DNA of 56,908 nt from Bacillota bacterium. Its GTDB lineage: Bacteria > Bacillota > Clostridia > Caldicoprobacterales > DTU083. The translations under genes were made by a program, and so were the position numbers. The stretch is from contig JAKORJ010000193.1 in the NCBI GenBank assembly GCA_029777885.1, positions 1 to 56,908 of the forward strand, in the 5' to 3' direction. This document shows, piece by piece, positions 42,545 through 52,100 of this stretch; position 1 is the first letter of the stretch, and every line of letters starts with the position of its first letter. The notes beneath the pieces are model-generated. The model was not told the DNA's origin and did not search any database. It saw nothing but the letters and a program-made list of their open reading frames with translations.

Positions 42545-43930
42545 TCAATTTTTCTGCAATTGACCGACAAATTTATCAAACGCGGCCTCGGAAACGGTTT
42601 TCAATGCCGTTTCAGGATCATTGCTCTCAAGCAGCGCTGAATACTCATCCCTGTGATCGGTTACAGCCTTGATGAACATGCTTTCATATCTTTCCTGCAG
42701 GTCATCCAGGCCGTCAAATAGAGGCGGTACATAAAAGTCATATTCACTGTGCATGGTCCTGCAGGCCTTGAGAAGTTTCTTTATCCTATCGTTCTCGATG
42801 TTATTGATCTCCGTATTCATAAGCTCCCCAAAGGCTTCATTGGTCACCGGCAGATAGCCTGTGGATGACACGAACCGCAGGTTGTTGTCAGGCCTGGTGA
42901 ACCATTTGAGGAAGGCGATTGCTGCATCCTCCCGCCTTTTGTCCGATTTGATGATGCACATGCCGCCGCCCCGCTGGATGGCGACCTTTTTGCCGTTTTC
43001 GAAGACCGGATAGGGCAGGATCGCAAGCTCAGCGGGCTCCGAGGTGTTGTCCTTATAGGTGACCGTGGGTGAGAAAAACAAGACCCCGGCCGTAGAACCG
43101 GTAGAGCAAACGATGTCGCCTGTCTTGGCCAGATCGGTGGCATATCCGTCGAAGGCGGCAAAGTGGCCTGATATCCCGGCCTTGAAGTACAAGTCCCAAA
43201 TCCTTTTGTAGGCCGGTGATTCCAGGCTCAGCATGTCCTGATCAAAAAAATCAGCCCCGAGTTGACTAGCGCTGATCATTGCAAAGTTGAAGAGGGAGTC
43301 GGACATATAAAACATCTTGCCGTCATTCTCGATATCAGGCGTATTAGCGTCTGTCCATTCATAGTAAGCTTCGGCAGCCCTGGCAATGCCTTCGAAGGTG
43401 GCCAGCTCATCGATCGTGATACCCGTAGCCATGGCAAACCTGTTGAAGATCGTCGTGTTTACAAACAGGACCTCGGTCGACTTGGCAGTCGGAAAAACAT
43501 AGAGCTGATCATCGAGGATCCTGCCTTCATCGATGAATTGGGGGACATAGGCCGAGAGCTCTTCAGCGGTGAATTTTTCACCCAGGTTCACGAGCAGGCC
43601 TTTTTTGGCGAGGATAAGGGCGGTTTTTGGGTATGCCGTGGTTATGTCAGGCATCTCGGGCGCACCTGGATCCCCGGCTGCAGCCATGGCTAGCTTCTCA
43701 TGGAGGGTCTCGCTGCCGGATATGGATGTCACGCTGATGATTATGTTTTCCTTTGCTCCGACTGTTGCATTGAATTCATCGATCATTGCATCCATCGTGT
43801 TTTTCATCTGGCCGCCGTAATTATGCCATAAGGTGAGTGTTACCGGATCCCTGGAGCTGCTGAAAATGCTGCATGCTGACAAAAGCATCGGCAGCAGGAG
43901 GGTTGCAAAAATGATGGGTATGCGCTTCAT
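42545..43930 (-). CDS. Orphan extracellular solute-binding lipoprotein with no adjacent permease genes
   Basis: Lipobox LLSACSI and SBP-like sequence (VTLTLWHNYGG, YVFPTAKSTEVLFVN). Confidence 0.8.
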   Translation of the reverse strand: MKRIPIIFATLLLPMLLSACSIFSSSRDPVTLTLWHNYGGQMKNTMDAMIDEFNATVGAKENIIISVTSISGSETLHEKLAMAAAGDPGAPEMPDITTAYPKTALILAKKGLLVNLGEKFTAEELSAYVPQFIDEGRILDDQLYVFPTAKSTEVLFVNTTIFNRFAMATGITIDELATFEGIARAAEAYYEWTDANTPDIENDGKMFYMSDSLFNFAMISASQLGADFFDQDMLSLESPAYKRIWDLYFKAGISGHFAAFDGYATDLAKTGDIVCSTGSTAGVLFFSPTVTYKDNTSEPAELAILPYPVFENGKKVAIQRGGGMCIIKSDKRREDAAIAFLKWFTRPDNNLRFVSSTGYLPVTNEAFGELMNTEINNIENDRIKKLLKACRTMHSEYDFYVPPLFDGLDDLQERYESMFIKAVTDHRDEYSALLESNDPETALKTVSEAAFDKFVGQLQKN

Positions 43931-44137
43931 ATTTTTTTATACCTGCTTTCATATATATGGTAAACGGCCATTTAACAGTAAATGTATCAATTAACTAAGC
44001 AGACTATAATAATTATATCATAGTATTAATAAACTACAAAATATATAAATTTCGTCATAACAAGAAAAATCATACCTGGTATGACCTGCCTGTTTCCGGA
44101 TTAATCACCTTCAGGGTGATTACAGGTTAATGAACAT

Positions 44138-44163
44138 ATTTATACAATAAATTTATACAATAA
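44138..44163. promoter_or_regulatory. Perfect tandem 13-bp direct repeat (ATTTATACAATAA x2) in a divergent intergenic region
   Basis: Read directly from the sequence: 44138-44150 equals 44151-44163. A 7-bp inverted repeat, AATCACC-N5-GGTGATT, lies nearby at 44103-44121. Confidence 0.3.
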
Positions 44164-44221
44164 ATCCGGTATGCATTTATAAATACCAAAATGAATCAAT
44201 AATTTTGAGGAGGAATAACCA

Positions 44222-44578
44222 ATGACAGAACCCAGTTTAAACACCCAGGCACCCCAGGTCGAGGCATTTGACCCGCAGGACATTGAAAAGAACAAGGTCA
44301 TGGCAGCTCTTGCCTACATATTGTTCTTTCTGCCGCTCATAGTGTGCCCTGACTCCAGGTACGGCCGTTTCCATGCCAACCAGGGTCTGCTGCTGCTGAT
44401 AGCAGGCATCGCAGGCTCTATCATTTGCGGGATGCTGATATTTTTAGTGATCGGCTTGGTCCTGCTCCCCATCTACAACATAGCCATCTTCGTGCTTGCA
44501 ATCCTGGGTATTGTGAATGCCCTGAACGGTAAGGCAAAAGATCTGCCCATCATAGGTAAATTCAGGATCATCCAGTGA
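44222..44578 (+). CDS. DUF4870-like small membrane protein
   Basis: RBS GAGGAGG. Motif KVMAALAYILFFLPLIV...FHANQGLLLL, then two further TM segments. Confidence 0.55.
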   Translation: MTEPSLNTQAPQVEAFDPQDIEKNKVMAALAYILFFLPLIVCPDSRYGRFHANQGLLLLIAGIAGSIICGMLIFLVIGLVLLPIYNIAIFVLAILGIVNALNGKAKDLPIIGKFRIIQ

Positions 44579-44621
44579 TCGGCAGGAATGATCTAGTAAA
44601 TTAAGCATTGAGGTGAATAGT

Positions 44622-45494
44622 ATGAGAAAAGCTTTTGCGGTTGTAGCCCTGCTGCTGTGCCTCCTGCTTGCGTTGACCTCCTGCGGCCTGTTCCGGAACA
44701 TAATCGACAAGAACATACCCGGGGGCAAGCAGTCAAATGATCCCAACAGCTCGGAGGACCCGAACGTGTCTCAAAAGCCTGGTGAGTCACAGGCTCCCGG
44801 AATCACAGAGTATACGCTTGCAGCTTATGCCGATCTATGGACCGACCTATACGATGCGAATGCACCGGTGCTGAACGATTCTGGTGAACTCTTGATAGAG
44901 GCTGCTTTTCCCAGCCTGGCGTTTATCACGGCAGGCCAGTACGACTTTCTCAACCTGTTCAACAAGGACGGGCGGTATGAAGGGGCGCTGCTGCTTGCCG
45001 GATGGAACGGCTTTGTTGAGAAAAACGGCCCTAATTTCACCTTCGGATATGAAGGCATCCGGGAGGAGGGCGGCTGGGGTCCCAGCAACCAGGTTGGAGA
45101 CAAGCTGGTGGAGCAAGGCAACTGCGAGATCAACGATGGCCATTACTATGTCGAGTCCTACACGGAACGGGACGGATCATTGATCTACCGGACCACAGCC
45201 GATTTCCAGTTGATGGGTGATGGCTCCATAATTTGCTTCTATATGACCGGAGAGTTTTTTGACGCAAGAGGCAACGAGAGCCCACATGCCAAAACGGTAT
45301 ACATCAGGAACGGCCCGGGGAGATTTGACATAGTCGTGGCCAAATCTGATGAAATAGGCCCTGAGTTCGAGACGTTCCTGGTATCCCAGCATGGCGATGT
45401 CACCAAGGAGGACGCTATAAGGATGTTCGAAGAAGCCGGCTATACTATCGACTATTCAGGCAGCATAGTTGGCAATGCATTTGTGCTGGATTGA
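44622..45494 (+). CDS. Lipoprotein, unknown function
   Basis: ATG at 44622 follows GAGGTGA. Lipobox LLALTSCG. Confidence 0.5.
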   Translation: MRKAFAVVALLLCLLLALTSCGLFRNIIDKNIPGGKQSNDPNSSEDPNVSQKPGESQAPGITEYTLAAYADLWTDLYDANAPVLNDSGELLIEAAFPSLAFITAGQYDFLNLFNKDGRYEGALLLAGWNGFVEKNGPNFTFGYEGIREEGGWGPSNQVGDKLVEQGNCEINDGHYYVESYTERDGSLIYRTTADFQLMGDGSIICFYMTGEFFDARGNESPHAKTVYIRNGPGRFDIVVAKSDEIGPEFETFLVSQHGDVTKEDAIRMFEEAGYTIDYSGSIVGNAFVLD

Positions 45495-45542
45495 CAGGTG
45501 AAGAGGGTTTGGCCTGTTATTAAAGTATAAAGGAGATGTTAC

Positions 45543-46013
45543 GTGTACAAGAGGATAATAGCTGCGCTTCTGGCCTTATTCCTGCTGGGCACCCTGGCAT
45601 CCTGCAAGATGATCACCGATGGGATTTTGAAAGGTATTTTCGGCAAGGACATCGAGGTCGGTGAAGGCGGTATAACCATAAAAGACAAGGATGGCGATAT
45701 AACCATAGGCGGCGGCAAATGGCCCAAAGGCAAGGCAGCCGATAATCTGCCTGAGTTCAAGCATGGCAAGATAATCTCTATCGTGAATGCCAATGACAGC
45801 CTGATGGTGTTGGTGGAGGATGTCAAGGAGAACCAATACAGGGACTATGTCCAGCAGGTGAAGCAAAAAGGCTATACAGAAGAGCAGGAGGAGTACGAGG
45901 TACAGGGCTACTCGCTCAGCTATGTAGCCAGCAAAGGCAATGCTAAAGTCGGCGTTGTATATTCGGTTTCCACTGAGACTCTTACGATCACGCTGGAAAT
46001 AAGCAAAGACTAA
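45543..46013 (+). CDS. Small lipoprotein, unknown function
   Basis: GTG start follows AAAGGAG. Lipobox LGTLASCK. Confidence 0.5.
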   Translation: MYKRIIAALLALFLLGTLASCKMITDGILKGIFGKDIEVGEGGITIKDKDGDITIGGGKWPKGKAADNLPEFKHGKIISIVNANDSLMVLVEDVKENQYRDYVQQVKQKGYTEEQEEYEVQGYSLSYVASKGNAKVGVVYSVSTETLTITLEISKD

Positions 46014-46132
46014 GCTATAAGATATGCATCGAACGCGGCATGGAAGGCAGGAGGCATGCCTTCTGCCTTTTTCATGCTTCAAGGTATAAAATTCGGCTGC
46101 CTGCCAGCAGCGCAGCCTTGCGGGGGATGTAA

Positions 46133-46465
46133 ATGGCATTTTACAAGGAGCCGTGCATAAGATGTGGGACGCTCATAGACCCGGATTCGCGCAGCTGCCC
46201 CAAATGCGGCAGCAGGATCCCTTTTGGGGACAGGTGCTTTACCTGCCAGCGGGAGATAAGCAGGGATGACAAGGTTTGCTCCGGTTGCGGCCGCCAGCTT
46301 CATGTCGTCTGCCCCGTTTGCAAGGAAGTCACCTTTATACAGGACCGGTGCGAGAAATGCAACGCCGATCTGATGATAATCTGCCCCAACAAGCGATGCG
46401 GCGCGTTTCAGTTCTTTGATGCGGAGAAATGTACTGCATGCGGTAAGAAAATCAAGAAAAAGTAG
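46133..46465 (+). CDS. 110-aa protein composed almost entirely of zinc-ribbon knuckles (8 Cys pairs)
   Basis: Cys pairs in order: CIRC, CPKC, CFTC, CSGC, CPVC, CEKC, CPNKRC, CTAC. That is 16 Cys in 110 aa. Confidence 0.7.
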   Translation: MAFYKEPCIRCGTLIDPDSRSCPKCGSRIPFGDRCFTCQREISRDDKVCSGCGRQLHVVCPVCKEVTFIQDRCEKCNADLMIICPNKRCGAFQFFDAEKCTACGKKIKKK

Positions 46466-46500
46466 AAGTTTTTCTATAATGTGTTTTGGAGGGTTTGCCC

Positions 46501-47166
46501 ATGCTCAAAGCTTTTACCAGGAATTATGAGGACAACAGTACGGAAGCGGGATTCCAGTTCACCTTCTATTGCGACCTGTGCCATGACGGGTTCAAATCAT
46601 CCTTTATCGAGTCCGAGACCTATAAAAAAGGCAAGCTGATGCGGGGTATCGCAGGCGGCGCATCGGCACTCGGCCACTTGCTGGGCGGGAGGCTCCATAA
46701 CCTGTCATACACCGTATCCCACGGCTCACATGTATTGTCCGAGCGGTTTCACGGCATGAGCCCAGAATGGCATAAGGAGCATGAAAAAGCCTTTGAAATG
46801 GCCCAAAACGAAGCCCAGCGCCATTTCAACCGCTGCCACAACTGCCGGCAGTGGGTATGCGATGCGGATTTCAATGAGGATGTAGGGCTTTGTGTCTCAT
46901 GTGCGCCCAGGCAGAATGTCCGGATAGCCAAGGCCAGGTCGGACCGGATCATGGATGAAATTGATGAACAGGCTTCAGCCGGGAGCTTCTTCACCGGGCA
47001 GATAGAGAGTAAGACCCTTATCTGTCCTGTGTGCCACAAGCCGTCGGGCGAGGGCAAGTTCTGCAACAACTGCGGCGCGAACCTGTCAATGAACAAGTGC
47101 CCCAACTGCGGCGCTCAGGTGGCAAAGGGAGTCAAGTTCTGCGGCGAATGCGGGACAAGGCTGTAG
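46501..47166 (+). CDS. Zinc-ribbon domain protein (unknown N-terminal domain plus a double zinc ribbon)
   Basis: ATG at 46501 follows GGAGGG. Cys motifs are CDLC, CHNC..CVSC, CPVC..CNNC and CPNCGAQVAKGVKFCGECG. Confidence 0.7.
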   Translation: MLKAFTRNYEDNSTEAGFQFTFYCDLCHDGFKSSFIESETYKKGKLMRGIAGGASALGHLLGGRLHNLSYTVSHGSHVLSERFHGMSPEWHKEHEKAFEMAQNEAQRHFNRCHNCRQWVCDADFNEDVGLCVSCAPRQNVRIAKARSDRIMDEIDEQASAGSFFTGQIESKTLICPVCHKPSGEGKFCNNCGANLSMNKCPNCGAQVAKGVKFCGECGTRL

Positions 47167-47201
47167 TCTTTATACTTTAAAATTATGGTGAGGTGACTTG
47201 A

Positions 47202-47687
47202 ATGTCAGATGATATTTTCAAGGGACTGAGCGGGCTTTCGGGGCTGGTGAAGGGTTTCAGCTCCTTTATGCCCCAGGATGATCCGGCTACCAAGATACTC
47301 AACGCGACCACGGAACTGAATGACCTGCAAAAGCGGGAGCTGGAGCTGTACGCCGATATTGGGAAAAAGGTGTTTAGCAGCATATGCAACAAGCCTGAAT
47401 TTGCTGATATCGTCGATGAACTTGATAGCAACAGGCGCAGGCAGCAGCAGGTTAGAGCCACTCTTGAGGCAGCCCAGAAGGAAAAGGAAGAGAAAATGAG
47501 GCTGGAGGAGGTCAAGCGCGAGGAGCGTACCTGCCCTGAATGCGGATACTTAAACGAGGAAGGCATGAAGTTCTGCCAGGAGTGCGGGACCAAGCTGGGA
47601 GTAGTAAAAAGCGTGTGCTCCAAATGCGGCACCAAGAACCCGCCCAATACGAGGTTCTGCGGTGAATGCGGCAATAAGCTTATGTAG
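47202..47687 (+). CDS. Coiled-coil protein with a C-terminal double zinc ribbon
   Basis: RBS GGTGAGGTGA. N-terminal GLSGLSGLVKGFSSFMPQDDP, a charged coiled coil (QKEKEEKMRLEEVKREE), then CPECG..CQECG and CSKCG..CGECG. Confidence 0.7.
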   Translation: MSDDIFKGLSGLSGLVKGFSSFMPQDDPATKILNATTELNDLQKRELELYADIGKKVFSSICNKPEFADIVDELDSNRRRQQQVRATLEAAQKEKEEKMRLEEVKREERTCPECGYLNEEGMKFCQECGTKLGVVKSVCSKCGTKNPPNTRFCGECGNKLM

Positions 47688-47715
47688 ATGAGCTATGACA
47701 ACTTAAAGTGGCTAG

Positions 47716-47771
47716 AGGAGGTTGACAGCCCTGTTCAATTTTGCAGATTGCCAACCTCCTTTATTGTTTTT
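47716..47771 (+). terminator. Candidate terminator (long-loop hairpin plus T-rich tail)
   Basis: AGGAGGTTG (47716-47724) pairs with CAACCTCCT (47752-47760) and is followed by TTATTGTTTTT. Confidence 0.5.
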
Positions 47772-47931
47772 ATACATAATTCAGCTGCGTTGCTTTATAG
47801 CCTGTAGTTTGCAGTAAGCCTGCTGGCTGCTGCTGTCATACAGAAGCGCAAGTGCAGGCCAGGGGCAGAATAAAAACAAGCTCCTTGATACAGCCTAATA
47901 ACAGAATTGCTGGCTTGTAAGGAGACTGCAC

Positions 47932-48552
47932 ATGGCAAGGGCTGACTTGTTTCATGAGATGGATAAGCACCTGATGGAAGATGAAGCTCCTTCTGAATAC
48001 TTGGATTCCTTGCAGAAGAATGGGCTGCTGGGCAGCTACCCCTTTACCATGCTCAGCAGCCTTGAAAGGATAGAGCAATCACCCAAGCATCATCCTGAAG
48101 GCAATGTTTGGAACCATACCCTGCTGGTCGTGGACCAGGCAGCGCTCAGGAAGGATAAAAGCAGCAATAAAAGGGTCTTTATGTGGTCAGCCCTTCTCCA
48201 TGATCTGGGCAAGGTGCCCACTACCAAGGTACGCAAGGGAAAAATCATCGCCTACGACCATGACAGGATGGGAGCGGTACTGGCTGCTGACTTTCTCAGG
48301 TTCTTTGGTGAGGATCAGGGATTCATAAAAAAAGTAACAGCTATGGTAAGGTGGCATATGCAGATCCTGTATGTCGTCAAGGACCTCCCCTTTGCCGATA
48401 TCAAGGGCATGCTCGCTGAAGTGGACCTGGGCGAGATCGCCCTCCTTTGCTACTGTGACAGGTTGGGACGGGGGGATATGGACAGGGACAAGGCTGTCAA
48501 AGAAGAGGAAAATGTGAAAAAATTTATAGAAATATGCAGGAAAGCTCGATGA
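47932..48552 (+). CDS. HD-domain phosphohydrolase
   Basis: RBS TAAGGAG. Motifs HHPEGNVWNHTLLVVD and LLHDLGK. Confidence 0.7.
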   Translation: MARADLFHEMDKHLMEDEAPSEYLDSLQKNGLLGSYPFTMLSSLERIEQSPKHHPEGNVWNHTLLVVDQAALRKDKSSNKRVFMWSALLHDLGKVPTTKVRKGKIIAYDHDRMGAVLAADFLRFFGEDQGFIKKVTAMVRWHMQILYVVKDLPFADIKGMLAEVDLGEIALLCYCDRLGRGDMDRDKAVKEEENVKKFIEICRKAR

Positions 48553-48635
48553 CATATAGAAAATATTTTTAGAATAAGATTACATAGCAGCTGAATATAG
48601 GTTTTATGTAATCAGTAAATATAGGGGGTTAAGCA

Positions 48636-49010
48636 ATGTTAGACAGAAACAATATCAGAAGCATGGGCAAATGGGCAGGCTTTCTGGGCATTATGTCGAT
48701 CATTGGAGGGGTGATTTGCTGCATATCATGCTTTGGACTTATTCAGGGCATTTTCCAAATCATCCTTGGTATGAAGCTTAGAAACGCTCAAAAATATGCA
48801 GAACAGTTGGCACTGTTCCAGGATCCGGCCGGTGAAGCAGGCAGGCTCAATGGTCTGTTCACCGAATTGGAATCATATTTCAAGATCAACGGGATACTCA
48901 TGATCATTACGCTGATACTCGGTGTGTTAAGTTTCTTGATGTTCTTCATATTCATACCGGTTCTATCATCATATCTCGAAAATGCGATGAGAAATCCCTA
49001 CGGCTGGTAA
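48636..49010 (+). CDS. Small membrane protein (DUF5362-like)
   Basis: RBS TAGGGGG. GKWAGFLGIMSIIGGVICCISCFGLIQGIFQIILGMKL, followed by a second TM pair. Confidence 0.4.
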   Translation: MLDRNNIRSMGKWAGFLGIMSIIGGVICCISCFGLIQGIFQIILGMKLRNAQKYAEQLALFQDPAGEAGRLNGLFTELESYFKINGILMIITLILGVLSFLMFFIFIPVLSSYLENAMRNPYGW

Positions 49011-49029
49011 TGCTGCAGTCCTCAACCCG

Positions 49030-49063
49030 GGTGAAGGCAAGATCGCTTTCACCTTTTTTATTT
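49030..49063 (+). terminator. Rho-independent terminator
   Basis: GGTGAAGGC pairs with GCTTTCACC and is followed by TTTTTTATTTT. Confidence 0.7.
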
Positions 49064-49176
49064 TCCAAAAGTTGATGGCAAATGATATAATAACAACAAT
49101 GTACATGAATTTGTATCATCATATTTTAGGCTGTATTTGCAAAAAATCTATATAAGTGCCAGCAAGGAGGAGCTAA

Positions 49177-52100
49177 ATGTATCTTCACGAACAAAGGATC
49201 ACCCGTATGCTCGAGGAGCTGGGAAAATACATATACAAGGACCGGTTGGAGCTTGATGGATGCAGGTTTTGCGAGACCCGCCTTACCGACAGGGATGAGG
49301 CATTGAGCCTGGCGGACGGTTGGCGCCCCTTTGGCCGGTATGAGCGCTGGGGAGGGGTCGACAAGACTGGCTGGTTCTCATTTGATATAACCATCCCTGA
49401 GAGCTATGACGGAGAATATACAGAAGTCCATATAAGGAGCGGGCGGCAGGGCGAATGGTATCCGGGAGGCCCTCAGTACCTGGTGTTTGTTGACGGCAAG
49501 CCTGAGCACCATATGGACCTCTGGCATGAAAAATTCCTCCTGACCGAAAAGGCCAGGGGGGGCCAGACCTACCGGATCGATGTACAAGCCTTTTCAGGGG
49601 TAAAAGAGATCCTGACGGGCTTTGAGATAGACCTGTACACGGTAGACAAGCCGGTTGAAGCCTTGTATTTCGATATCAAGACGGTGTTTGACTCCATTCT
49701 GCTCCTGGATGAGGGGGACAAGGACAGGATAGATGCTGTGAATGCATTGATAGAGACTATCAACCTGATCGATCTGCGCAAGCCCCGTTCGGAGCTATTC
49801 TATGCCTCCCTTGAAAAAGCCCGCCGGTATGCCGATGAGCACCTGTACGGGCCTGACAAGGCCTTAAAGGGCATAACCGCATATTGCCCGGGGCATACCC
49901 ACCTTGACATAGCATGGCTGTGGACGATCGAGGACAGCAAAAAGAAGGCTGTGCGCACCTTCGTACATAATCTTGAGCTAATGGACCGCTACCCTGAGTA
50001 TGTGTTCATATGCAGTCAGCCCCAGGTCTATAAGTTCGTAAAGGAGACCTATCCAGAGATCTATGAACGAGTGAAGCAGCGGGTCAGGGAAGGCCGCTGG
50101 CAGCCTGAAGGCGCCATGTGGGTCGAGCCTGACTGTAACCTGCCGTCGGGTGAATCCTTCGTGCGGCAACTCCTTCTGGGGAAACGTTTTTTCAAACGGG
50201 AATTCGGGATAGACAGCCAGATCCTCTGGCTGCCCGACGTGTTTGGGTTCAGCGGCGCCCTGCCTCAGATATTGAAAAAATCCGGCGTGGATTATTTCAT
50301 GACGACGAAGCTGAGCTGGAACGAATACAACGTATTCCCCTATGATCTGTTCCGCTGGCAGGGGATCGACGGGTCTGAAATATTGTCCTACTTTACCTGC
50401 CATCATGCCGCTTATCTTGGCAGCAAGGCCGTGAATGAGGTCTGGAAGGACTTCAAGCAAAAGAGTATAAGCAGCGATGTGCTGGTGCCCTTTGGCTGGG
50501 GCGATGCCGGGGGCGGCCCGACGGACGACATGCTGGAGGCGGGACTGCGCCTGCAAAAGGGAGTCCCTGGCTCTCCGGCCGTAAAACTGGCGGGCATCAA
50601 GGAATTCACCCGGGCCCTGGACAGGGCGGCAAAGCAGGCGGGCGAGAAGTTGCCCGTCTGGGTGGGCGAGCTGTATTTCGAGCTCCACAGGGGCACCTAC
50701 ACCTCCATGGCAAAGAGCAAGAGGTTCAACAGGAAAAGCGAGCTGCTCTACCAGGACTGCGAGCTGATAAATGCTTTAGCCGGCAAGCTTGCAGGGACCC
50801 CCTATCCCAACAGGGAACTGAACGAGGCCTGGGAAACCATCGCCTTGAACCAGTTCCACGATATCCTGCCCGGTTCATCAGTGGAGGACGTCTACAAGAC
50901 ATCCTTTATGGAGTACAGCCGTCTGCTGGATGAGGGCAGGGGCATGCTGGACAAGGCTGCCCTTACCATAGTTGACAATATCGATACTCCGGCGGAATCG
51001 GTCGTGGTATTCAACCAGCTTGGGAGAAAGCGGTCAGACATAGTGGAAATAAAGCTCCCCGAGGGGTATGACGATATAGCCGTATATGATGGCGAAAGGG
51101 AGGTCCCGGTACAGGATATAGGCGAAGGCAAAGCGCTCATATTTGCTGAAAACGTGCCCTCGAAGGGATACAAGACCTTCACCCTGCAAAGAAGGTGCAA
51201 CACACCTGCCAGCCAAAAATGCTCGGGGGAGAAGGGGCGTTCATTCTCCGATGCAAGGCCCGGCAGCTGCCTGGAGGTTTCACCCGGGGGCATCTCAAAC
51301 CGTTTTTTTGACATCCTTCTGGACGAGGACGGGACTTTTAAGTCAATATATGATAAGCTGAACGGCCGCGAGGTCCTGAAGGCGGGAGAACGGGGCAACG
51401 TGCTCCAGGTCTTTGAGGACCTGCCCCAGCGCTGGAATGATGCCTGGGATATAAACATCTATTACAACGAAAAGAAGTGGGAGGTTACTGATCTCGAATC
51501 AATCGAGGTGGTGGAGAGGGGGCCTATTCGCGCTGTCCTGAGGATCAAGCGCAGATTTTTGGATTCGGTCCTGGTGCAGGATATCTGTGTTTACGAGGAC
51601 ATACCCCGGATCGACTTCAAAACTGTGGTCGACTGGAAGGAAAAGCACCTGCTGCTTAAGGCCCTCTTCCCTGTGGACGTGCATGCGATATACGGTACCT
51701 ACGATATCCAGTTTGGCAGCATCCAAAGGCCGAATCACTGGAACACCAGCTGGGATTATGCCCGCTTCGAGGTATGCGCCCACAAGTGGGCCGACCTGTC
51801 GGAAGGCGGCTATGGGGTCAGCCTGCTCAATGACTGCAAGTACGGGTATGACATCAAGGGCGGCAATATGAGGATCACGCTGATAAAGTCGGCAGATTAT
51901 CCCAACATCAACGCGGACAGGGATGTGCATGAATTCATATACAGCCTGTATCCTCACAGGGGAGGATGGCATGAAGGGGGCACGGTGGACATGGCCTACC
52001 GGCTCAACTGCCCGATGTATGCATACACCACAGGGAGGCATGAAGGCAGGCTGCCTGGAGAATTCTCCTTATTGTCGGTCGATAAGGGCAATGTCATCAT

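Noticed and set aside
49978-50688. 236-aa minus-strand ORF (and other antisense ORFs at 50892-51458 and 51499-52041)
   Set aside because: All lie inside and antisense to the GH38 alpha-mannosidase gene and are frame-shadow artefacts.
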